Origin: an uncultured Clostridia bacterium
GTDB lineage: Bacteria; Bacillota; Clostridia; Christensenellales; UBA1242
Length of the DNA stretch: 64,000 nucleotides
Reading direction: 5' to 3'
Assembly: GCA_934778125.1 (NCBI GenBank)
Contig: CAKVOF010000001.1
Location: 18,429-82,428, forward strand
In this document: positions 57,319-64,000 of the stretch, in pieces
How positions within the stretch are numbered: the first letter of the stretch is position 1
Layout of the letters: the number at the start of each line of letters is the position of its first letter
Notes under the pieces: model-generated
The model's input: the letters and a program-made list of their open reading frames with translations, nothing else
The model's database searches: none
Told to the model about the DNA's origin: nothing
Program-made: the position numbers and the translations under genes

Positions 57319-59145
57319 TTATGCAATTTGCACAACGGTTAACATAGCGCTTGGTGCTCCAGAACTCGTTAGTGTTCGATTGCTCGATAGTGTTGGAACA
57401 AGCGTGATCACATCGTTTGCTTTCAACCTTAACACAATTGTGCAACTCACATTCGTGCTGGTGGTTAATGGGCGTTTTGTTCCACCAACCAACGTGTTGT
57501 TTGAATATATTCCCACACAATCACCCGCAGTTGCGCTCGATCCATTATTGATTGAAAAACTCACTATATATGTTCCAGTATACTGAATTGTGATAGAAGC
57601 ATTATTAATGCTCATTCCGTTGTTTGTTAGCGTTGTGCCAAACGTTAATGGCCTACCATTCGCAATTTCTTGAGAGTTTTCTTCGTATATCGTTGCATTA
57701 ATATTGTTAGTTGTTCCAGGAGGGCCTGCCACCCCTTGTTCCCCTTTCACTCCTTGCGGGCCTCTATCGCCTTGCGGGCCTTTTTCACCTGGATCACCCT
57801 TTTCCCCCGTTTTACCTTTTGGAATCTGAAAATCTAAAAAATGCACATCGTTTTCATATCTATCTTCAACTTTTGCAGGTTCATTTTCCCCAACTAAAGT
57901 TGTTGTTCCCGCCATTATTATTTCATCACCTTTTTCTCCACGTTCGCCTTTCTCTCCTTTTTCACCTTTGGGAATATAAAACGATAGGTGATGAATATAG
58001 TTTTCAAAATTATCTAACACTTGCGCATCTTCTTCTGGGTTGATAGTTTCAGTTAGGTCTATCGATATTCCTTCACTTCTTCCTATCTCGCCCGGCAATC
58101 CTCTTGGCCCCGTTTCACCCGTTTCCCCTTTCTCACCTTTTGGTATGCTGAAAGTTAGATGATGCGTTGTTCCATCAAAATTATCTTCCACAACCGCATT
58201 TTCATTAGGATTTGTTGTTTGGGTGGCATCAACAACTATTTTTTCACCCACGCCCGTTTCACCTTTTTCACCCGGATCACCTTTGCTTCCTTGAACGCCT
58301 TGAATTCCTTGAGCACCCGTTTCACCCTTTGCACCCGTTTTTCCCCTTGGAATCTGGAAATCTAAAAAATGCACATCGTTTTCATACCTATCTTCAACTT
58401 TTGCAGGTTCATTTTCCCCAACTAAAGTTGTTGTTCCCGCCATTATTACTTCATCACCTTTCTCTCCACGTTCGCCCTTCTCTCCTTTTTCACCTTTGGG
58501 AATATAAAATGTAAGAAAATGAGTGTTATTTTCAAAATTATCTTGAACATTCGCATTTTCGCTTGGCTCTATTGTGTGAGTTTTATCAATAATTATTGTT
58601 TCACTACGCCCATCTTTTCCCGGCTCGCCTTTTTCACCCGGCTCACCTTTATTTCCTTGAACGCCTTGAATACCTTGAGCGCCCGTTTCACCCTTTGCTC
58701 CCGTTTTCCCCCTTGGAATATAAAAATCGAAAAAATGCACATCGCCTTCATATCTATCTTCAACTTTTGCCACGTTGTTAGGTTCAATAGTGTTGGTTTT
58801 GCCCACTAATATTTTTTCTGGCACACCATTATATCCTCTTGGAATCTCAAATTCTAAATAGGTTGTGTTTTCAATGTGTGTTGATTTAACGTTCGCTTCC
58901 TTTTCTGGTGGAAGCGTTTTTGTTGATTTAACAACAAGATTTTCACCGCTTGGGCCTCTATCACCTTTCGGCCCCGTTGCGCCCGTTGCTCCAGTTACCC
59001 CAATTGCTCCAGTTGCGCCCGTTGCCCCAGTTGCGCCCGTTGCCCCAGTTGCTCCTCTTAGCCCCCTTGGGCCGTGCTTTATATTTTCATAACACACCCG
59101 CTTTGATGATAATTTTTGATTTAAATATCTACACCAAAATTTCAT
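57319..59145 (-). CDS. Modular collagen-like protein with a BclA/C1q-like C-terminal domain
   Basis: The protein opens with a (GAT)n tract. Seven modules of about 36 aa follow (x-I-x-V-x-x-T-x-T...V-x-D-x-[YF]-E...H-[FH]-L-x-F-x-I-P-[KR]-G), alternating with GXY runs. The C-terminal roughly 135 aa end in APSAMLTVVQIA, which resembles the BclA C-terminal domain. The RBS is AGGAGA. Confidence 0.85.
   Translation of the reverse strand: MKFWCRYLNQKLSSKRVCYENIKHGPRGLRGATGATGATGATGATGAIGVTGATGATGPKGDRGPSGENLVVKSTKTLPPEKEANVKSTHIENTTYLEFEIPRGYNGVPEKILVGKTNTIEPNNVAKVEDRYEGDVHFFDFYIPRGKTGAKGETGAQGIQGVQGNKGEPGEKGEPGKDGRSETIIIDKTHTIEPSENANVQDNFENNTHFLTFYIPKGEKGEKGERGEKGDEVIMAGTTTLVGENEPAKVEDRYENDVHFLDFQIPRGKTGAKGETGAQGIQGVQGSKGDPGEKGETGVGEKIVVDATQTTNPNENAVVEDNFDGTTHHLTFSIPKGEKGETGETGPRGLPGEIGRSEGISIDLTETINPEEDAQVLDNFENYIHHLSFYIPKGEKGEKGERGEKGDEIIMAGTTTLVGENEPAKVEDRYENDVHFLDFQIPKGKTGEKGDPGEKGPQGDRGPQGVKGEQGVAGPPGTTNNINATIYEENSQEIANGRPLTFGTTLTNNGMSINNASITIQYTGTYIVSFSINNGSSATAGDCVGIYSNNTLVGGTKRPLTTSTNVSCTIVLRLKANDVITLVPTLSSNRTLTSSGAPSAMLTVVQIA
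57821..58509. repeat. Intragenic near-identical repeats of about 160 bp, 528 bp apart
   Basis: By hand alignment, 57821-57980 and 58349-58509 differ at 5 positions. Confidence 0.85.
58970..59060. repeat. Imperfect 9-bp tandem tract encoding (Gly-Ala-Thr)n
   Basis: The tract encodes GATGATGATGATGATGAIGVTGATGATG. Confidence 0.8.
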
Positions 59146-59367
59146 AAATTCTCCTATTTTTCGCCTATACTTATTATATAAATATTTTATAAATTTTGTT
59201 CATTTATACCTATTTAAACAACAAGTTACATTATCAATTGGAGTAAGCTTGTTTGGAACATATTGAAAATAAAAAAGACATATTAGTGTTACTAATCTAT
59301 TAGATTAATCCAATAATACGTCTTTAATTTTAGATTTTTCTTAAAATAACATATCTTTTTATTATAA

Positions 59368-62300
59368 TTAAACAATTTTTCCAGAAACATATAATCTAAT
59401 ATTATTTGCTAAAGTACCATCTTCATTAAATAATTTCGATAAGCCATTAGAATGATTAAAATTGCCTTTTGCTGGAGTTGTTTTTCCAGGATCTACAAAT
59501 ACATCACTAATTTCATATTTTTCACCATTTGGTGATTCGTTCATTATTTTTCCCAATAATTTAACAACATAATCTTTACTTTCATCATCAAAACCACCAA
59601 CCAATTTTGCATATATTTCAGGAATGTTTTTAATCTTAATAAGGAAATGGCCCTTCTCATCAACTTCATAATCTAAATAATATGAGTATGAAGAATTTCC
59701 TATATTATCATCGGTTATATTTATCGATTCACCTTTGAAATTTTCTAAAGATTTGCCTCCCACTTCATTTGTGCCTAGGTCAAAGATTAAAGTATATTGT
59801 TGCTGATCAGAACTTTGTTCTCTTTGCGCAAAATAAATATCTGTGTTTGAACTTGGCCATGCAACAAAAGGTTTTGTTAATGTTTCATCAATAAAAATTC
59901 CAGAGAAATAATTATAATTAACCCCCTCATACATTTCTGTTAGCGATTTAAATAATTCGCTAAACGAGTAACCCTCTGGGCAAGATTTTGGAATTGTGAT
60001 TGTGTGTGTTATTTTTTGAATAGTGTTGCTTGAATTTGAATAATCTAGGTTATGAATATTAATGATTAGTCCTTCATCATAAACCGCTTCAAATTTTATA
60101 TTAGATGAAACACCACTAGTAATTTGACATGTTTTAGTTAAAACGGTATCGGCTCCGCCAACTAATTTCCAGCCTTTGAAAATATATCCACTTTTTTCAA
60201 CACTTTCTGGTAAATTAATCAAGGTGTTTCCTTCCTTAACTAGTTCGTTTCCTACTAACTTTCCACCTTTAGTGTCGTACTCAGCAATATAAAGTTTCGT
60301 GTATTTCGCATATAAGGTACGCTCTTCCCCAAGGTAAACAGATTCAACATCTATTTTATTTTCAATTTTAAAATCCGCATCTGAATAGAATCCCTCAAAT
60401 AGATAGCCTTTTTTATAAGGGTATCCATTCTCGCTAATGTTATCCGCAAGCTTAATAAATTTATATTCAAAGCTTTCCATTGTTCCACCATTTAATTCAA
60501 ATGTGATTTTTGGAAGGCTAACATACTTAGCATAAAGTTCCATAACATTCCCCGTTTTTGAAACAGTTAACTTGTCATCAACGAATGCTGGAACTTTAAA
60601 CTCACGATCTAAATACCAGTTTTCAATTTTATTATTTTTTATAATTTTATCTGAAATTGCGTTGTCAAAGTCAGTTTTCGAAATAGTTGAACCAGCTTTG
60701 ATATATTGATTATTTATCTTTTCTAGTGTAAAGTCTTCTCCAATGTTGCAAGCCTTAATTTTAATGCTTTCATTATTTTTTAAGCTTATATCTTTATGTT
60801 CCGAAAATTCTGGATAAACAAAGTTAGATGTATCTTTATTAAACTCAATTGAGTATACCATTTTCTCGTATGTGTAATCAGTAGAGTATTCATTCTCTGT
60901 ATCTTGATTCGTTAGTAAAAAGTTATCTTCTAACTTCCAAAAAACATTAACACTTGTCAATTTTTGGTTTGAAAAATTTATCTCGACTTTTTGATTGACC
61001 AATGGGTTATTTATTATATGCGACCTTGCTTCACTATTTATATAAACCCTATTATATTCATATTCTTCCAATAAGATTGTTTGTTCAATGATTGCTGTGT
61101 AGTTTTCTTTAGTTGCATTTTCAGCCATTCTAAATGAAAATTTATAAGTTCCCTCACCATAAAGAGAATTTATTTTATCTATATCTTTTTGATTAGCATT
61201 TAGTAATTCTTGAATTATATCAGCACTTGATAAATTAAGCAAATTTTGAACCTCTAAACTATACGCTTCATATTCTTGCTTACTCAATTCAACCTTTGTT
61301 TTCTCCAAGCATTCCCATGATGAACTATAAAATAAGCTAGGAGTTCCAGAATTTAAATTTAGCACAACGTTTAATAAATAATACTTTCCGTTATCTTCAA
61401 TTAAATAAGAGCATGTTACTCCTTCATAGCTATCGGGATTAATTGAGCCATATTTACTAATCATTTGATTTTCAATTTTTTCATTAAAATCATCACATAA
61501 ACAATAATCCGGGTTATCCTCACTGCTAGCCTTAACTTTTATTTTATCAGTGTTTACATCAACTGAAATATCATAATAGTAGAAATTTTCAAAACCTTGA
61601 ACTTTTTCACTATTGCTTTTATTTAATAAATCAACTAATATTTTATCAATTTCAACATCGCTTTTTTCATAAGATATTGTTGCTATGCGATAATCACCAC
61701 TTGATTGTGACTTACAAGTGAAAAAAACTTCTTTTGAATTGCTAGCCTTATAATAATCATATGTTATTTTATAATATTCTTCAGTGCCATTAGTATAAAC
61801 CGATTCGCAAATTAAATCATTCTTCACTTGCCTTTTTCCATTTTCTGAATTTGAAGTTAAAAACCAGTTCTTTTGAGCTTTGGTGAGTTTTTTTCCCTTG
61901 TTATATGTCGTCAGTCCTGATACTCCACTTGATGTAGATACATGATACCACTCTCCTTTATCATTATCATAACACAAATAAGTTTCAAAATCTGTTAAAG
62001 AATTAAAATCATCGGCATTTTTAATCAATCCATTATTTATTCCGCCAGTTGAAGTTGACCTAAAGTCGACACTTCCTATCTCATCTTCTGGATCAGCTTT
62101 AAGCACTTGTTTTGCATAGTAATAATTACCATTTTCATCTTTATAAACATATAGTTTTAGTTCCCTGATAAAGAAGTACTTACTCTTATCAATATTATCG
62201 AGTACTGCAATAACTTTTTTGCCATTAATTAATTTCGATACCGCTTCCTGTTTATATTCATCAGATCCAAATAAAATACTATCCATCCCTTTAGATGTTT

Positions 62301-62454
62301 CATCTGCTAGAACTTTTTGTATGTCCGCTAATGTATATTCTGATGGATTAATTTCAGGCTCCTTTGGCTTTGATTTTCCACAAGAGTTAAGCATAAATAA
62401 GCAAGGAATGATCAGCACAATGGCCAAAAATAAACTAATAATCTTCCTTTTCAT
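59368..62454 (-). CDS. Large surface lipoprotein (1,028 aa) with Listeria-Bacteroides (InlB B / Flg_new-type) repeats
   Basis: The signal peptide carries the lipobox LNSCG. The contexts GYLFEGFYSD and GYIFKGWKL are typical of Flg_new repeats. The RBS is AAGGAG. Confidence 0.8.
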   Translation of the reverse strand: MKRKIISLFLAIVLIIPCLFMLNSCGKSKPKEPEINPSEYTLADIQKVLADETSKGMDSILFGSDEYKQEAVSKLINGKKVIAVLDNIDKSKYFFIRELKLYVYKDENGNYYYAKQVLKADPEDEIGSVDFRSTSTGGINNGLIKNADDFNSLTDFETYLCYDNDKGEWYHVSTSSGVSGLTTYNKGKKLTKAQKNWFLTSNSENGKRQVKNDLICESVYTNGTEEYYKITYDYYKASNSKEVFFTCKSQSSGDYRIATISYEKSDVEIDKILVDLLNKSNSEKVQGFENFYYYDISVDVNTDKIKVKASSEDNPDYCLCDDFNEKIENQMISKYGSINPDSYEGVTCSYLIEDNGKYYLLNVVLNLNSGTPSLFYSSSWECLEKTKVELSKQEYEAYSLEVQNLLNLSSADIIQELLNANQKDIDKINSLYGEGTYKFSFRMAENATKENYTAIIEQTILLEEYEYNRVYINSEARSHIINNPLVNQKVEINFSNQKLTSVNVFWKLEDNFLLTNQDTENEYSTDYTYEKMVYSIEFNKDTSNFVYPEFSEHKDISLKNNESIKIKACNIGEDFTLEKINNQYIKAGSTISKTDFDNAISDKIIKNNKIENWYLDREFKVPAFVDDKLTVSKTGNVMELYAKYVSLPKITFELNGGTMESFEYKFIKLADNISENGYPYKKGYLFEGFYSDADFKIENKIDVESVYLGEERTLYAKYTKLYIAEYDTKGGKLVGNELVKEGNTLINLPESVEKSGYIFKGWKLVGGADTVLTKTCQITSGVSSNIKFEAVYDEGLIINIHNLDYSNSSNTIQKITHTITIPKSCPEGYSFSELFKSLTEMYEGVNYNYFSGIFIDETLTKPFVAWPSSNTDIYFAQREQSSDQQQYTLIFDLGTNEVGGKSLENFKGESINITDDNIGNSSYSYYLDYEVDEKGHFLIKIKNIPEIYAKLVGGFDDESKDYVVKLLGKIMNESPNGEKYEISDVFVDPGKTTPAKGNFNHSNGLSKLFNEDGTLANNIRLYVSGKIV

Positions 62455-62837
62455 ATAAACTCCTTAATATATTTTTAGTGATTTTGCTTATCATTATTCA
62501 ATTAAAGCAAATAAAAATATGGTAACATCAATACTTTTCATCGAACAATAATATTACTATAATTAGATTAACATAATTTTTGTTTTTTTTCAAATATTTT
62601 TATATGTAAAGAAGAAATATATTGTGAGAATAAATTAATATTGTAGGAAACGAAAATTTAGTCATAGTTTTTAAAATACTCATCGATGTGGTTTAGAAGT
62701 CGGGTTCTTGAGGATATAATTAAGTATTTGATAATGGATAGTAAACTTTAATAGACATAATAATTTTCGTTTTAAAATTATATATCTACCTTGCTTATTA
62801 TAACAACCAAAAACAATACAAATTAATCTTTGATTTA

Positions 62838-63029
62838 GGTGTCCCTGTGCACAAGGAAGCCTTATTTAGCGGTTTATTGGTTGTGTGTTTGAGAAAATAA
62901 TAAGCGAAGTTAGGCATATAAATCTAAAACGAAGATTTATTACATAAAGATAAAGCATAATATAAAACTCAATCGAAAAATTATTTTAACAACACAAGGA
63001 ATCTACAAAAAGTGACTGAAGGGCTGTTG
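62838..63029 (+). repeat. Intergenic module E2 (GC hairpin H, AT-rich module M, box R), paralogous to 50341-50520
   Basis: H is 62838-62860 (aggtgtccctgtgcacaaggaagc). M is 62871-62987. R is 62999-63029 (gaatctacaaaaagtgactgaagggctgttg). The 9-nt sequence cacaaggaa occurs at both 62850-58 and 62993-63001. Confidence 0.7.
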
Positions 63030-63167
63030 TTGCGTATATCACTACTCAACCAATTATTCCACATAATTATTAAAAAGCAATTAAGCAAATTTACAAAATA
63101 ATATATAAATTTAATTGATTATTTATAAAATAAATATTAGTATAATAATATATCAAGGAGAAATAAA

Positions 63168-63392
63168 ATGGAAGAAAAAACAACTTACAAATCAAAAGTT
63201 ATTTGCGATGCAATTTGCGGAATTTTAATGCTTCTATGCATTATATCTTATATTTGCGTTGGGCTTTTCGCTAAAGTATGGCACCCAACTTGGATTATCC
63301 TTGTTGGCGGAGCAGTTGCTTGCGGAATTATTGGAATCATTAATTCAACCGTTATTAATATGAAAGAAATTAATAACAAAAGCACCAAATAA
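63168..63392 (+). CDS. Small two-TM membrane protein (74 aa)
   Basis: The RBS AAGGAGA lies 8 nt upstream. The protein has two hydrophobic helices. Confidence 0.55.
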   Translation: MEEKTTYKSKVICDAICGILMLLCIISYICVGLFAKVWHPTWIILVGGAVACGIIGIINSTVINMKEINNKSTK

Positions 63393-63530
63393 CTTAAAAA
63401 CAATAAAAAATACTCTTCTTTATCTATTTTGATATTGTTATCATTATGATGAAGGAGGGTATTTTTTTTATAGTTAAATCTTTAACTTTTTATTTTTCAC
63501 TCAAATAATTAGAGTTTTTATATTCTAAAT

Positions 63531-63594
63531 AAAAAACATATTAGTTAGTTTTGAAGTTTTAATTTGTTGGCTTCAAATCACTAATATGTTTTTT
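63531..63594. terminator. Bidirectional compound terminator
   Basis: The outer stem is aaaaaacatattagt / actaatatgtttttt and the inner stem is ttgaag / cttcaa. Confidence 0.7.
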
Positions 63595-63635
63595 ATTTAA
63601 TATTATTTAATTTAAAATGTTTTCAATTATTTAAA

Positions 63636-64000
63636 TTAAGCAACTTTATTATATTTAGCAACTAGGTCTGCCCAAGCTTGTTGTTGTTCTGCAGTTAGTT
63701 TATTAACTTGAGTTTCGTATGTTGTTTTATATGTGTCTGCAAAAGATTTAACAGCTTCGTTATATTTACTTTCTAAGTCTGCTTTAATATTTGCATAATC
63801 TTTTTTAGCAGTTTCGATTAATTGAGTTTTAAACTTTTCAAATTCAACAACTAATTTATCGAATTCTTCTTCAGCGGTTTTTAAAGCAGATTTCGCATTT
63901 TTAACAGCTTGCTCAGCACCAGCACGAAGAGCACTATCTTTTGGAAGTTCGTTTAATGTTTTTTCAGCATTATCTAAAGCATCTTTAGCACCTTTGAATG
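63636..64000 (-). CDS. C-terminal part of a helical protein (partial; the start lies beyond the right edge)
   Basis: The gene is absent from the track. My hand translation ends ...DLESKYNEAVKSFADTYKTTYETQVNKLTAEQQQAWADLVAKYNKVA, with the stop at 63636-63638. No stops were seen in the frame checked through about 63780. Confidence 0.55.
   Translation of the reverse strand, partial: FKGAKDALDNAEKTLNELPKDSALRAGAEQAVKNAKSALKTAEEEFDKLVVEFEKFKTQLIETAKKDYANIKADLESKYNEAVKSFADTYKTTYETQVNKLTAEQQQAWADLVAKYNKVA

Noticed and set aside
57275-59147. Many overlapping ORFs of 60-110 aa on both strands inside the collagen-like gene, and similar ORFs inside alaS, ileS, ftsH and glyQS.
   Set aside because: GXY-encoding repeats stay open in several frames. 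The real frame is the 608-aa one, which has an RBS, collagen triplets and a recognisable C-terminal domain. The other ORFs are shadow ORFs nested in well-supported genes.
52005-62454. I considered calling this a tRNA-flanked integrative element or prophage.
   Set aside because: There is no integrase, recombinase or phage structural module in the window. I found no convincing direct repeat of the tRNA 3' end, only a 9-nt gggttcgag echo. I kept it as an 'accessory-looking cluster' only.
1-64000. I looked for a diversity-generating retroelement, a CRISPR-Cas system, a restriction-modification system, a toxin-antitoxin system or another recognisable defence system.
   Set aside because: I recognised no reverse transcriptase, cas, nuclease/methylase pair or small overlapping TA-like gene pair. 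The only methyltransferase (19808-20563) is a generic small-molecule-type class I enzyme translationally coupled to dut.

Overview
This is a strongly AT-rich bacterial window that uses the standard genetic code. It looks like a low-GC Bacillota or Mollicutes-related genome, but that taxonomic guess is inference only.

The dominant feature is absent from the supplied ORF track. Positions 1-18084 on the minus strand form one unbroken reading frame of at least 6,028 codons. It starts with a lipoprotein signal peptide (lipobox LASC) and runs off the left edge, so no stop is in the window. It carries at least 25 G-G-[IVL]-x-G (GLUG-like) repeat cores, which suggests a giant beta-helix surface adhesin. 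A SipW/ER-type signal peptidase gene sits divergently next to it.

The middle of the window (19.8-51.5 kb) is mostly housekeeping:
- five aminoacyl-tRNA synthetases (alaS, cysS, glyQS, tyrS, ileS), none with a T-box leader
- dut, ftsH, lepB, a P-type ATPase, a GPH/MFS transporter and a UgtP-like glycosyltransferase
- CvpA, UPF0371/DUF1846, a YyaC-like protease and a HAD hydrolase

A degenerate tRNA-Arg-like fragment followed by an intact tRNA-Arg(UCG) lies at 51.84-52.0 kb. After it comes an accessory-looking surface cluster:
- a membrane-anchored papain-like peptidase
- desulfoferrodoxin
- a TraX protein
- a DUF11 protein
- a modular collagen-like protein with a BclA/C1q-like C-terminus
- a 1,028-aa lipoprotein

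The non-coding oddities worth follow-up are:
- a GC-rich perfect four-way-junction element between alaS and the HAD gene
- a 20-bp perfect inverted repeat that includes the alaS stop codon, plus 53-nt direct repeats
- a tandem array of CTAGTCCAC/GTGGACTAG hairpins downstream of ileS
- two paralogous, rearranged roughly 190-nt intergenic modules at about 50.4 kb and 62.9 kb
- an alternating CG/TG tract in the leader of the giant gene

All calls come from reading the sequence and the supplied translations by hand. No database searches were run.
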